DNA of 64,000 bases. It comes from Thermoleophilaceae bacterium (lineage in GTDB: Bacteria; Actinomycetota; Thermoleophilia; Solirubrobacterales; Thermoleophilaceae). The DNA is taken from the NCBI GenBank assembly GCA_034664005.1, contig JAXDIL010000118.1, positions 25,400 through 89,399 of the forward strand, in the 5' to 3' direction. This document shows, piece by piece, positions 40,650 to 50,336 of the stretch. The notes under the pieces were generated by a model. It had not been told where the DNA came from and searched no databases. It saw only the letters and a list, made by a program, of their open reading frames with translations. The translations under genes were made by a program, and so were the position numbers. Each line of letters begins with the position of its first letter. Positions within the stretch are counted from its first letter, which is position 1.

Positions 40650-41779
40650 CGGATTCCACCTTCCATCAGGTCCGCCAAGTCTGCCAGCGACGCGAGCGAG
40701 TTCCCGGCGAGGAAGTGGTCCACGTGCGGGAGCGCCGCCTGCATGCCGCGCGTGAGCGGTGCGTAGTCGGGATGCGCCTTCAGCGGGTTCAGCCAGATCA
40801 GGCTGTGCGCGCAGCGCCGGAGGCGCGCCATCTCCTCGGCGAGCTGCTCCGGTGTGCCGCGGTCCCACCCGTCCGAGAGCAGGACGACGATCGCCCCTCG
40901 TCCGAGGCGGCGGCCGTGCTCGCGGTTGAGCGTGGCGACGGCGTCGCCGATGCGCGTGCCGCCCGACCAGTCCTGCGCCGCGCCGGCGGCGCGGTCGAGC
41001 GCGCGGTCCGGGTCGCGGCCGGCGAGCTCGCCCGTCACGCGCGTCAGGCGGGTGCCGAACACGAACGCCTCCACGCGGCGGCGCGCCGCCACGCACGCCT
41101 GCATGTACTGGAGCAGCATCCGCGCGTAGGGCTCCATCGAACCCGACACATCGCACACGAGCACCAGCGGGCGCGGGCGCTCGGCCGGCTCGCGCCAGTG
41201 GCGCTCCACGGGGTCGCCGCCGGTGCGGAGCGAGGCGCGGATCGTGCGCCGCAGGTCCGGACGCGACGCATGCGGCGGCGCACCGCGGCGACGCGACGGC
41301 CGCGTACGCCGGCTCGGCCGTGTCGGCCCCGCTCCCGCCAGTTGCCGCATCACGCGCCGCGCGAGACGGCGCTCCAGGTCGGTGTACTCGGCGAAGTCCT
41401 TGTCGCGGAGGAGCTCTACGTCGGACCACGCGGACGGCACCACGTCCGCCTCGCCCTCGACGGGGTTGGTCACCCGGTCGGCGGGCACGCCCAGGCGCGG
41501 CAGGACCAGCGCGGCGGGCTTGAGCGCCTCTGGGAGCGCAGGCGCGTGTTGTGCCGGCGGCGTGAAGAGCTCCGCGAAAGCGGCGTCGAAGGCGACCATG
41601 TCGTCTCGCTTGGAGCAGAGCGTCGCCCGGAGCGCGAAGTAGGAGGCGGCGCGGTCGGCGGGATCGACGGCGGCGAGCGCGCGGTGGGCGCTCAGGAGCT
41701 CGCCGAGCCCAACGCGAACGCCCGCGGCGCGCATGGAGCTCGCGAGCAGCGCAAGCTTCGCCGTAACCCGAACGCCCAT
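40646..41779 (-). CDS. coxE: VWA domain protein, CoxE family
   Basis: 377 aa from ATG 41779. CoxE-type N-terminus (LLASSMRAAGVRVGLGELLSAHRAL) and C-terminal VWA block (LVLVCDVSGSMEPYARMLL...VVLLSDGWD). Confidence 0.85.
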   Translation of the reverse strand: MGVRVTAKLALLASSMRAAGVRVGLGELLSAHRALAAVDPADRAASYFALRATLCSKRDDMVAFDAAFAELFTPPAQHAPALPEALKPAALVLPRLGVPADRVTNPVEGEADVVPSAWSDVELLRDKDFAEYTDLERRLARRVMRQLAGAGPTRPSRRTRPSRRRGAPPHASRPDLRRTIRASLRTGGDPVERHWREPAERPRPLVLVCDVSGSMEPYARMLLQYMQACVAARRRVEAFVFGTRLTRVTGELAGRDPDRALDRAAGAAQDWSGGTRIGDAVATLNREHGRRLGRGAIVVLLSDGWDRGTPEQLAEEMARLRRCAHSLIWLNPLKAHPDYAPLTRGMQAALPHVDHFLAGNSLASLADLADLMEGGIR

Positions 41780-41798
41780 CCCGCCACGAGTCGCCTGG

Positions 41799-42623
41799 TC
41801 AGGCACCGCGCAACACCTCCCGGTCGCGGACGCCGTCGATGTCCTCGCGGACCTTGAGGACCACGCCGAGGGTGTCGTCGAGGTCGGCGCCGTCGAGCGC
41901 CAGGAGCGCCTGGGCCCAGGCGATCGTCTCGCCCACGCCGGGCAGCTTGTAGAGCTCCTCGCCGCGCAGGCGAGCGACGGCCTCACAGACCCGGCGGGCG
42001 ATCTCGTCCGGCACGTCCGGCAGCCGGGCGCGCACGATCTCGGCCTCGCGCTCCGGACCGGGGTAGTCGATCCAGTGATACAGACAGCGCCTCTTCAATG
42101 CGTCGTGCAGCTCCCGCGTGCGATTCGAGGTGACGACGACGAGCGGGCGGCGCTCGGCCACCACGGTCCCGAGTTCGGGGATGGACACCTGGAAGTCCGA
42201 CAGGAACTCGAGCAGGAAGGCCTCGAACTCGTCGTCGGCGCGGTCGATCTCGTCGATCAGGAGCACCACCGGCTCGCTCGCCTGGAGCGCCTCGAGCAGC
42301 GGGCGTCGCAGGAGGAAGCGCTCGGAGTAGAGCGGCTCTTCCATGCCCGCGCGCAAATGCAGCAGCTGGCGCGGGTAGTCCCAGTCGTAGAGCGCGTGGT
42401 GGAGGTCGATCCCCTCGTGGCACTGGAGCCGGATCAGGCGCGAGCCGGTCGCGCCGGCGAGCGCCTTCGCGACCTCGGTCTTGCCCACGCCGGCCTCACC
42501 CTCGAGCAGCAGCGGCTGCTCCAGGGTGACCGCGAGGTAGACGGCAGTGGAGAGGCCCCGGTCGGCGAGATAGCGCTCGCGGCCCAGGGCCTCGTGAACG
42601 GCTGCGGGATTCTCGAAGCTCAG
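41799..42623 (-). CDS. coxD: MoxR-type AAA+ ATPase, CoxD family
   Basis: Walker A LLLEGEAGVGKT, Walker B VVLLIDEIDRA, sensor TSNRTRE. No ATG/GTG/TTG exists in frame between the P-loop and far upstream. The best start is CTG at 42623-42621, overlapping the coxM stop (CTGA), with GGAGG 11 nt upstream. Confidence 0.8.
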   Translation of the reverse strand: MSFENPAAVHEALGRERYLADRGLSTAVYLAVTLEQPLLLEGEAGVGKTEVAKALAGATGSRLIRLQCHEGIDLHHALYDWDYPRQLLHLRAGMEEPLYSERFLLRRPLLEALQASEPVVLLIDEIDRADDEFEAFLLEFLSDFQVSIPELGTVVAERRPLVVVTSNRTRELHDALKRRCLYHWIDYPGPEREAEIVRARLPDVPDEIARRVCEAVARLRGEELYKLPGVGETIAWAQALLALDGADLDDTLGVVLKVREDIDGVRDREVLRGA

Positions 42624-43465
42624 ACGCTCACAGCCTCCTCGAGCGCACGCCTCGTGAGCACCCGCGCCAGGTGCCGCTTGTAGTCCGGCGTGGCATTCAG
42701 ATCGCCCGGCGGGTCGGTGTCGTCGGCCGCGCGCTCGGCCGCCGCGGCGATCGCGTTGTCGTCGAGCGCGCTGCCGCGCAGGGCGTCCTCCGCGGCCGTC
42801 GCACGCAGCGGCGTGGCGCCCATGTGCGTGAGGCCGATGCGCACGTCGTCGCAGCTGCCGTCGGGTGCCCGGCTCACGAGCGCGCACACGCCCACCATCG
42901 CCCAGTCCTCGGCGCGGCGGGTGAACTTCTGGTAGCCGAACCCGTATCCCTGTAGCGCGGGCAGGCGCACCTCCGTGATCACCTCGTCGTGCGCGAGCGC
43001 CGTGGTCAGGTAGTCCAGGAACAGGTCGGCCGCCGCGATCGTCCGCTCGCCGTTCGGCCCGCGTGCGGTCAGCTCGCCGTCGAGCGCCAGCAGCACCGTC
43101 GGCAGGTCGGAGGCCGGGTCGCCGTGCGCCAGCGACCCGCCGATCGTGCCGCGGTTTCGCACCTGCTGGTCGGCGATCCCGGACGCTGCGCGCGCCACCA
43201 CGCCCAGCTCGGGCGTGTCCTGCAGGTCGGCGTGGCGGGTCATCGGGCCGATCCGCCAGCCGCCGTCGTCCTGCTGGATGCCGTGCAGCCCGGGGATGTT
43301 CCTCAGGTCGATGAGGATCGTCGGAGCGGCGAGGCGCACCTTCATCAGCGGCAGGAGCGAATGGCCGCCCGCGAGCAGCTTCGCGTCCTCGCCGTTCTCA
43401 TGCAGCATCCGGACGGCCTCCTCGACCGACGCGGGCGCCTCGTAGTCGAACGGTGCGGTGATCAT
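42620..43465 (-). CDS. coxM: Molybdenum hydroxylase FAD-binding (medium) subunit
   Basis: 281 aa from ATG 43465: [48 protein letters not shown]...GTIGGSLAHGDP. ATGA overlap with the coxL stop. The 1011-aa track ORF is a run-on. Confidence 0.9.
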   Translation of the reverse strand: MITAPFDYEAPASVEEAVRMLHENGEDAKLLAGGHSLLPLMKVRLAAPTILIDLRNIPGLHGIQQDDGGWRIGPMTRHADLQDTPELGVVARAASGIADQQVRNRGTIGGSLAHGDPASDLPTVLLALDGELTARGPNGERTIAAADLFLDYLTTALAHDEVITEVRLPALQGYGFGYQKFTRRAEDWAMVGVCALVSRAPDGSCDDVRIGLTHMGATPLRATAAEDALRGSALDDNAIAAAAERAADDTDPPGDLNATPDYKRHLARVLTRRALEEAVSV

Positions 43466-45897
43466 GCGGCACCTCCCTCGTCCGGACCCGTAGGGCCGCT
43501 GCCGGCACTGCCGTCTCCGTGGTCGTCCAGGGCGCGCCCCTGTTCTGTGCTGCGCGGCCCGACTCCCTGGATCGCCTGCCAGACGCGCATCGGTGTCATC
43601 GGCATGTCGAGCTCGGTCACGCCGAGCGGTCTGATCGCGTCCAGCACGGCGGCCGCGACCGCCGGCGTCGCGGCGATCGTGCCCGCCTCGCCGATGCCCT
43701 TCACGCCGAGCGTGTTCACGGGCGAGCGCGTCTCCGTGCGGTCGGTCTCGAACGAGGGCACCTCGGCCGCCGTCGGGAGCGCGTAATCCACGAACGTGCC
43801 GGTCACGAGCTGGCCGTCCTCGTCGTAGACCACCTGCTCGTAGAGCGCCTGGCCGATCGCGTGCACGATCCCGCCGTGCACCTGGCCGTCGATCAGCATC
43901 GGGTTGACGGCGGGGCCGCAGTCGTCGACCGCCACGTAGCGGATCACCTGCACCTTGCCTGTCTCCGCGTCCACCTCGACCACGCACGCGTGCGCGCCGA
44001 ACGGGAACACGAAGTTCTCCGGGTCGTAGAAGGCGCTCTCCTCCAGCCCCGGCTCGATGTCCGCCGGCAGCTCGTTGGGCGGGATGTGCGCCGCGCCCGA
44101 GATTTCCGCCATCGTCATCGACCGGTCCGGCGAGCCGCGCACCTGGTACTTGCCGTCCACGAGCTCGATGTCCTCGGGGGCGGCCTCGAGCAACGCCGCG
44201 CAGATCCGCTTCGCCTTGTCCTGGACCCGCTGAGCGGCTCGCACGATCGCCTCGCCTCCCACGGACAGCGAGCGCGAGCCGTACGTGTCCCAGCCCCAGG
44301 TTCCCTGGTCGGTATCGCCGTGGTGCACGTCGACGTTCTGCGGATCGATGCCGAGGATGTCGCCCGCGATCTGGGCGAAGCTCGTGTCGAGCCCCTGCCC
44401 GTGTGGCGAGGTCCCCGTGTAGACGATCGCCGAGCCGGTCGGCGTCACGCGAACATTCGCGGACTCCCAGAAGGCGGCCTGGAGCCCCACCCCCTGCGGC
44501 CCGACCGCACGCGACGGCGCGAGGCCGCACACCTCGACCCAGGTCGAGAAACCCACGCCCCGGTAGACGCCCTCGCCGCGCAGGCGCTCCTGCTCGGAGC
44601 GGAACTCGTCGAGGTCGAAGTGCTCGAGCAGCTTGTCGAGCGTGCCCTGGTAGTTGCCCGAGTCGTAGACGATGCCGAGCGCCGTCTCGTACGGGAACTC
44701 GTCCGCGCCGATGAAGTTCTTGCGGCGCAGCTCGAGGCGGTCCATCCCCAGCTCGTCGGCGAGCCGGTCCATCATCAGCTCGATCCAGTAGGTGGCCTCC
44801 GGCCGGCCCGCTCCGCGGATCGCGTCGGTGGCCATCTTGTTCGTGAACACGCCCGTGAAGTGCAGGTCGATGTTCGGGATCCGGTAACAGCCGCCCATCA
44901 CCGGGAAGCCGAGCTCCGGGATGAACGGCGTGAGCAGCTGCTGGTACGCGCCGAGGTCGGCGATCACCCGCACCTGACACGCGGTCAGCGTGCCGTCGCG
45001 CTTGGCGCCCAGCGTCACGTAGTTGATCTGGTCGCGGCCGTGGTGGCTCGTCGACATGTGCTCGGTGCGCGTCTCGACCCACTTGACCGGGCGGCCCAGC
45101 CGCTTGGCCAGAGCGAGCACCAGCGCCTCCTCGGCGTAGGTCTGGAGCTTCGCCCCGAAGCCGCCGCCCACGTCGGGCGCCACGACGCGCAGCCTGTCCT
45201 CGGCGACGCCGAGCACGCCCGAGAAGACGAAGCGCGCGATGTGCGGGATCTGGGTGGTCGAGTAGAGCGTCAGGTCGTCGCCACGGAACTCGGCCACCGA
45301 GCAGCGCGGCTCGATCGGCGCGCCCGAGGTGCGCTGGTTCACGAAGCGGTGCTCGACCGTCACCTCGGCCTCTGCAAGGCCCGCGTCGATGTCGCCGCCG
45401 CCGATCGCCCACTCGTGCGTCCTGTTCGTGCCGAACTCGTCCCAGACGAGCGGCGAGCCGGGCTCGAGCGCCGCCTCCGGGTTCACCACCGCGGGCTTCG
45501 TGTCGTACTCGACGATCACGTCCTCGGCCGCATCGACGGCGCCGTGCCGGGTGGTGGCCACGACCACGGCCACCGGGTCGCCCACGTGCTTGACCTCGCC
45601 GCGCTTCAGCGGCCAGTTCTCGGGCGTCTTGATCTCCACGCCCGGCGGCACCCACACCATCGGGAGCGGGCCGGCGAAGTCGCCTGCCATCTCCTCGCCG
45701 GTGAGCACGGCGACGACGTCGTCGCGTTCGAGCGCGGCCGAGGTGTCGATCGAGGTGATCGTGGCGTGTGCCTCCGGAGAGCGAACCAGCACCGCGTGCA
45801 GCATCCCGGGCAGGTTGATGTCCTCGGTGTAGCGGCCCCGGCCGGTGATCATCCGGGGGTCCTCCTTGCGCCTCATCGACTGGCCGATGGCGCTCAT
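43462..45897 (-). CDS. coxL: Molybdopterin-binding large subunit, aerobic CO dehydrogenase/xanthine dehydrogenase family (form II-like)
   Basis: 811 aa. [21 protein letters not shown]-terminus. The active-site loop reads AIRGAGR, which is form II-like (AYRGAGR) rather than the form I VAYRCSFR. Confidence 0.9.
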   Translation of the reverse strand: MSAIGQSMRRKEDPRMITGRGRYTEDINLPGMLHAVLVRSPEAHATITSIDTSAALERDDVVAVLTGEEMAGDFAGPLPMVWVPPGVEIKTPENWPLKRGEVKHVGDPVAVVVATTRHGAVDAAEDVIVEYDTKPAVVNPEAALEPGSPLVWDEFGTNRTHEWAIGGGDIDAGLAEAEVTVEHRFVNQRTSGAPIEPRCSVAEFRGDDLTLYSTTQIPHIARFVFSGVLGVAEDRLRVVAPDVGGGFGAKLQTYAEEALVLALAKRLGRPVKWVETRTEHMSTSHHGRDQINYVTLGAKRDGTLTACQVRVIADLGAYQQLLTPFIPELGFPVMGGCYRIPNIDLHFTGVFTNKMATDAIRGAGRPEATYWIELMMDRLADELGMDRLELRRKNFIGADEFPYETALGIVYDSGNYQGTLDKLLEHFDLDEFRSEQERLRGEGVYRGVGFSTWVEVCGLAPSRAVGPQGVGLQAAFWESANVRVTPTGSAIVYTGTSPHGQGLDTSFAQIAGDILGIDPQNVDVHHGDTDQGTWGWDTYGSRSLSVGGEAIVRAAQRVQDKAKRICAALLEAAPEDIELVDGKYQVRGSPDRSMTMAEISGAAHIPPNELPADIEPGLEESAFYDPENFVFPFGAHACVVEVDAETGKVQVIRYVAVDDCGPAVNPMLIDGQVHGGIVHAIGQALYEQVVYDEDGQLVTGTFVDYALPTAAEVPSFETDRTETRSPVNTLGVKGIGEAGTIAATPAVAAAVLDAIRPLGVTELDMPMTPMRVWQAIQGVGPRSTEQGRALDDHGDGSAGSGPTGPDEGGAA

Positions 45898-46373
45898 GCC
45901 GACACCCCCGCGCCCGCGGCGGACTTAACCGCTTCGACGATGTTGTGGTAGCCGGTGCACCGGCACAGGTTGCCCTCGAGCCCGTGGCGGATCTCCTCGT
46001 CGGACGGGTTCGGGTTGCGCTCGAGCAGGTCGGTGGCGGCCATGATCATGCCCGGCGTGCAGAAGCCGCACTGGAGGCCGTGCTTGTCCATGAACGCGGC
46101 CTGCATCGGGTGCAGCTCGCCGTCGGTGGCCAGACCCTCGATCGTCGTGAGCTCGGCGCCGTCGGCCTGAGCGGTCAGGACGGTGCAGCTCTTCACGGCC
46201 TCGCCGTTCATGTGGATCGTGCAGGCGCCGCAGTTGGTCGTGTCGCAGCCCACGTGCGTGCCCGTGAGACCGAGCTCGTCGCGCAGCCAGTGGACGAGGA
46301 GCAGGCGCGCCTCGACATCCGCCTGACGGCGCTCCCCGTTGACGGTCACCTCCACATGGACGGTGGCGCTCAT
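45894..46373 (-). CDS. coxS: (2Fe-2S)-binding small subunit of molybdenum hydroxylase
   Basis: 159 aa. Two [2Fe-2S] cysteine clusters ([16 protein letters not shown] and QCGFCTPGM...CRCTGY). Confidence 0.93.
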   Translation of the reverse strand: MSATVHVEVTVNGERRQADVEARLLLVHWLRDELGLTGTHVGCDTTNCGACTIHMNGEAVKSCTVLTAQADGAELTTIEGLATDGELHPMQAAFMDKHGLQCGFCTPGMIMAATDLLERNPNPSDEEIRHGLEGNLCRCTGYHNIVEAVKSAAGAGVSA

Positions 46374-46402
46374 CCAGACTCCTCCCGGTCGCGGTTGCTT
46401 CC

Positions 46403-47332
46403 GTGACCGATGCTAATGCGTGGGTATTGTGGGCCGCAATGGTCACGAAGTCCTTCGAGTTCGAGGGGTACCGGCTCGTGTACGACGAGTACGGCGAGGG
46501 CGACCGCGTCATGGCCCTGCTGCCGGGCCTCCTCTTCTCGCGCAAGATGCACCGCCCGCTCGCCGAGGAACTGGCCGGCCGCGGCTACCGAGTGCTGTCG
46601 CTGGACCTGCTCGGGCACGGCGAGTCCGACCGCCCGCCCGAGATGTGGAACTACGGCATGACGCAGTTCGGGCGGCAGGTGATCGCCCTGCTCGACGACG
46701 CGGGTGTCGACCAGGCGGTGATCGGCGGCACCTCGCTCGGCGCGAACACGACGCTCGAGGTCACCGCGGCGGCGCCGGAGCGCGTGAAGGGCATGCTGAT
46801 CGAGATGCCGGTGCTGGACAACGCGCTGCTCGGCTGCGCCCTCGCGTTCACGCCCCTCCTTGTCGGGCTGACCTTCGGGGCGCCCGTGGCTCGGGTGATC
46901 GGCACGGCCGCACGAGTGGTCCCGCGTGGCAGCTGGCTGCTCGGCGACATGCTGCTGGACTGGGTCAGCCAAGACCCGAAGCCGTCGGCCTCGGTGCTGC
47001 AGGGGCTGTTCTACGGCCGCGTGGCGCCGCCGCGTGAGGAGCGGGCGAAGATGACCCAGCCCACGCTCGTGATCGGCCACTACCGCGACCCGATCCACCC
47101 CTTCTCCGACTCCGACATGCTCGTGCGCGAGCTTCCGAGCGCCCGGCTGATCCAGGCCTCCTCGATCCTCGAGCTGCGCCTGACCCCCGAGCGGCTGACG
47201 AACGAGATCGTGAGCTTCGTGGACCGCTGCTTCAAGCCCCCGCGCGCATCCGGCACGCGCCCATCCGGCACGCGCCGTCGGACCAGCTCGGGCGCCGCGC
47301 GCGGGTCGCGAACGCGCCGCCCCTCGGCTTAA
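46403..47332 (+). CDS. Alpha/beta hydrolase
   Basis: HG-type oxyanion region (LLPGLLFS) and nucleophile elbow GGTSLGAN. Basic Ser/Arg-rich C-terminal tail. ATG 46439 is an alternative start. Confidence 0.8.
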   Translation: MTDANAWVLWAAMVTKSFEFEGYRLVYDEYGEGDRVMALLPGLLFSRKMHRPLAEELAGRGYRVLSLDLLGHGESDRPPEMWNYGMTQFGRQVIALLDDAGVDQAVIGGTSLGANTTLEVTAAAPERVKGMLIEMPVLDNALLGCALAFTPLLVGLTFGAPVARVIGTAARVVPRGSWLLGDMLLDWVSQDPKPSASVLQGLFYGRVAPPREERAKMTQPTLVIGHYRDPIHPFSDSDMLVRELPSARLIQASSILELRLTPERLTNEIVSFVDRCFKPPRASGTRPSGTRRRTSSGAARGSRTRRPSA

Positions 47333-47368
47333 GCCGCGGCTTAGGGCCTTTTACTACGCTTCGCCGCC

Positions 47369-48088
47369 TTGTCTCATCGCAGGGAGCAGAAGGAGGCGCT
47401 TCGGCGCGAGCGGGAGGAGCGTGAGCGTCAGGCGCGCGCCGCCCAGCAGCGGAAGAAGCTCGTGGGCTACGGCGCCGGGGGCGTGCTCGTCCTTGCCGTG
47501 ATCGTCGCCTTCGTGCTGCTCGCCACCGGCGGCAACGGTGGCGACGGCGGCGACGCCAAGGCGGGTGAGGTGTTCCCGGACGGCGGCAGCATCCCCGAGC
47601 AGAAGGTCTTCGACGTTGCGCCCGCCGCGAAGGCCGCCGGCTGCGAGCTGAAGAGCGTGAAGGGCAGCGGCGTGGCCACCCACACCACCTCGCTCGACGA
47701 GCGCGTGAAGTACAAGACGAACCCGCCGACCACCGGCCGCCACTACGAGATCCCCGCGCAGGACGGGATCTACGGCGACGCGCCGCAGGACGAGGAGCTC
47801 GTCCACGGCATGGAGCACGGCCGCGTGATCGTCTGGGTCAAGCCGAGCCTTCCCAAGGATGTGCGCGCCAACATCCGCGCGCTGGTGGACGACGACTCGT
47901 ACCAGATGTTCCTCGTGCCCCGGAGCAACATGCCGTACGCGGTGGCGGCCACCGCTTGGAACGCGGACCCGGCTCCGAACGGGACCGGCCAGCTGCTGCT
48001 CTGCAAGGAAGTGAACGACAAGACGTACGACGCGCTCGCCGCCTTCCGCGACGAGCACCGCTCCCAGGGCCCCGAGCCCATTCCGTAG
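47369..48088 (+). CDS. DUF3105 domain membrane-anchored protein
   Basis: 239 aa. Charged N-terminus, one TM helix, then YKTNPPTTGRHY...LVHGMEHGRVIVWV, typical of DUF3105. Confidence 0.75.
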   Translation: MSHRREQKEALRREREERERQARAAQQRKKLVGYGAGGVLVLAVIVAFVLLATGGNGGDGGDAKAGEVFPDGGSIPEQKVFDVAPAAKAAGCELKSVKGSGVATHTTSLDERVKYKTNPPTTGRHYEIPAQDGIYGDAPQDEELVHGMEHGRVIVWVKPSLPKDVRANIRALVDDDSYQMFLVPRSNMPYAVAATAWNADPAPNGTGQLLLCKEVNDKTYDALAAFRDEHRSQGPEPIP

Positions 48089-48155
48089 ACCCCGGCTAGC
48101 CCACGCAACGTTTCTTGCGCGAGCGCAACCGCGCTCCTGCGACCGTGTTCCGGAG

Positions 48156-49727
48156 ATGGTGAGGCTGCTCCTCTCAGCAGCGGCGTTTCTGTGCGCCCTG
48201 ACCCTCGTGCCGTCCGCGCTGGCGGCCGGCCCGGCCGACTTCGAGCTGGCCGCGCCGCACCGCGCGCAGGCGACCGTGGAGGCGCCGCGCGCCTTCAACC
48301 TCGTGGGCATCCGCTGGCGCGGCAACGCCATGCCGGACGCCGAGCTGCGCGTGAAGCGCGGCGGCCGCTGGAGCCGCTGGGGCGAGCTCGGCGTGCACGG
48401 GCCTGGCGGCTCGGACCCCGTCTGGGTGGGCCGCGCCCGGACGCTCCAGTACCGGCTGAGCAGGCGCGTGCCCGGGATGCGCATCCACTTCGTGGCCGTC
48501 GGCAAGCGGCGCACGCGTGCGCGCGCCGCGCAGACGACCGACACGCCCTTCCCGTACGTCGCGCGCGCGGACTGGGGCGCGGACCAATGTCCGCCGCGCG
48601 CCGCGCCCCAGTACGGCGAGGTGAAGGCGGTCCAGGTGCACCACACGGTGTCGCTGAACGACTACACCGCGGAGGAGGCGCCGGGCATCGTGCTCGCGAT
48701 CTGCCGCTACCACCGCAACTCGAACGGCTGGAACGACATCGGCTACAACGCGCTCGTCGACAAGTACGGCACGATCTACGAGGGCCGCGCCGGCGGGCTC
48801 GACCAGGCCGTCGTGGGCGCCCACGCCCAGGGGTTCAACTCGCAGACCTCGGGCGTGGCGAACATCGGCGACTACACCGGAGTCGCCGCGAGCGACGACG
48901 CCATCGCCGCGACCGCGAACTTCGCGCGCTGGAAGCTCGGCGTCCACGGCCAGCCGCTGTCCGGACCCGTGACGCTCACGAGCGGCGGCGGCTCCGAGAG
49001 CCGCTACCCGGCGGGCACGGAGGTGACGCTCGAGCGGGTGATCGGCCACCGCGACACCGGCAGGACGGCCTGCCCGGGCGACGCTCTCTACGCGCAGCTC
49101 GACCAGATCCGCGCCATGGTCGAGGCGGGCGGTCCGTTCGCGAGCCTCTCGGCGCGCGTGAGCGCCGCGCTCGGCGACTCGAGCGCCGACTACGGCCAGA
49201 TCGTCCCGCTGAACGGCGCGCTCGCCGGACCGGACGGAAACCCGCTGCCCGGCCAGACGGTCGAGGTGCAGGTGAACAGCGACGACGTGTGGCGCACGGC
49301 ACGGCGCGTGATCGTGGGCGCCGACGGCAGCTTCCTCACCGACCTGAAGCCCGCCAAGCGCATGTACGTGCGGGTGCGCTACCCGGGTAGCGCGGACCTG
49401 CGTGAGAGCTCGTCACCGCGACTGCTCCTGAGGCTGCGCCCTCGGGTGGCCTTCACGACGAAGCCGAAGCGGGCGCGGCGCGGCCGGCTCCTGTCGGTGG
49501 CGGGCACCGTCGCGCCGCGCAAGCGCGTGGTGAGCGTGGTGTTCCAGCAGCGGATCGGCGGTCGCTGGCGGAGCGTGGCGAAGCGTGCGGTACGGACGCG
49601 CCGTGGCCGCTTCAGCAGCTCCTTCGTGCCGGGCTTCCGGGCGAGCTACCGCTACTACGCGGCGGTGAAGCCGGATCTCGACACGGACCGGGGCGCGACG
49701 AGCATGGTCGCCCTCCGAGTGCGGTGA
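48156..49727 (+). CDS. Secreted N-acetylmuramoyl-L-alanine amidase (Amidase_2/PGRP fold) with C-terminal extension
   Basis: Signal peptide LLLSAAAFLCALTLVPSALA. Amidase_2 blocks VHHTVS..., WNDIGYNALVDKYGTIYEGR and VIGHRDTGRTACPGDALY. Confidence 0.85.
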   Translation: MVRLLLSAAAFLCALTLVPSALAAGPADFELAAPHRAQATVEAPRAFNLVGIRWRGNAMPDAELRVKRGGRWSRWGELGVHGPGGSDPVWVGRARTLQYRLSRRVPGMRIHFVAVGKRRTRARAAQTTDTPFPYVARADWGADQCPPRAAPQYGEVKAVQVHHTVSLNDYTAEEAPGIVLAICRYHRNSNGWNDIGYNALVDKYGTIYEGRAGGLDQAVVGAHAQGFNSQTSGVANIGDYTGVAASDDAIAATANFARWKLGVHGQPLSGPVTLTSGGGSESRYPAGTEVTLERVIGHRDTGRTACPGDALYAQLDQIRAMVEAGGPFASLSARVSAALGDSSADYGQIVPLNGALAGPDGNPLPGQTVEVQVNSDDVWRTARRVIVGADGSFLTDLKPAKRMYVRVRYPGSADLRESSSPRLLLRLRPRVAFTTKPKRARRGRLLSVAGTVAPRKRVVSVVFQQRIGGRWRSVAKRAVRTRRGRFSSSFVPGFRASYRYYAAVKPDLDTDRGATSMVALRVR

Positions 49728-49728
49728 C

Positions 49729-50310
49729 TCACCAGCCCTGCTTCAGGTCCTCGCTGTAGAGGCCGTGACCCGTGGCCAGCAGGCGCGCGGTGCGGGCGAG
49801 GATGCGCAGGTCGAGCCGCAGCGAGCGGTGCTCCACGTACCAGACGTCCAGCTCGATCCGCTCGGGCCACGGCAGCGAGGTGCGGCCGTTCACCTGCGCC
49901 CAGCCGGTGATGCCGGGCTTCACCTCGAGCCGGCGGCGCTGGCGGTCCGTGTAGCGGTCCACCTGTTCCTGCACCGTCGGGCGCGGGCCCACCAGCGCCA
50001 GGTCGCCCTTCAGGACGTTCAGGAGGTTCGGCAGCTCGTCGAGTGAGAAGCGCCGCAGCAGCCTCCCGACGCGCGTGATGCGCGGATCGCCCTCGATCAC
50101 GTAGATGCCCGCGCCGAGCGACTCCGCGCCGGGAACCATCGTCCGGAGCTTCCAGAGCTCGAACGGCTCGCCGTCCCGGCCCACGCGCAGTTGCCTGTAG
50201 AAGACGGGTCCACGGCTCTCCAGCCGGATGGCAATCGCGGCCAGCGCCTGGAGCGGGGCTGTGACGACAAGGACCGCCGCGCCCAGGACGATGTCGAGCG
50301 CGCGGCTCAC
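49729..50310 (-). CDS. Undecaprenyl-phosphate sugar phosphotransferase (bacterial sugar transferase family, short form)
   Basis: 193 aa. PVFYRQLRVGRDGEPFELWKLRTM...LDELPNLLNVLKGDLALVGPRP is the hallmark of this family. Confidence 0.9.
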   Translation of the reverse strand: MSRALDIVLGAAVLVVTAPLQALAAIAIRLESRGPVFYRQLRVGRDGEPFELWKLRTMVPGAESLGAGIYVIEGDPRITRVGRLLRRFSLDELPNLLNVLKGDLALVGPRPTVQEQVDRYTDRQRRRLEVKPGITGWAQVNGRTSLPWPERIELDVWYVEHRSLRLDLRILARTARLLATGHGLYSEDLKQGW

Positions 50311-50336
50311 CGCTGACTACGGTTCCGGCGCAGCGA

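Noticed and set aside
42620-45655. 1011-aa minus-strand ORF
   Set aside because: Only the last 281 codons (from ATG 43465) are the FAD-binding coxM. The upstream part is an out-of-frame run-on through coxL.
43519-45951. 810-aa plus-strand ORF opposite coxL
   Set aside because: It is the antisense shadow of coxL, which has unmistakable molybdopterin-subunit motifs on the minus strand.
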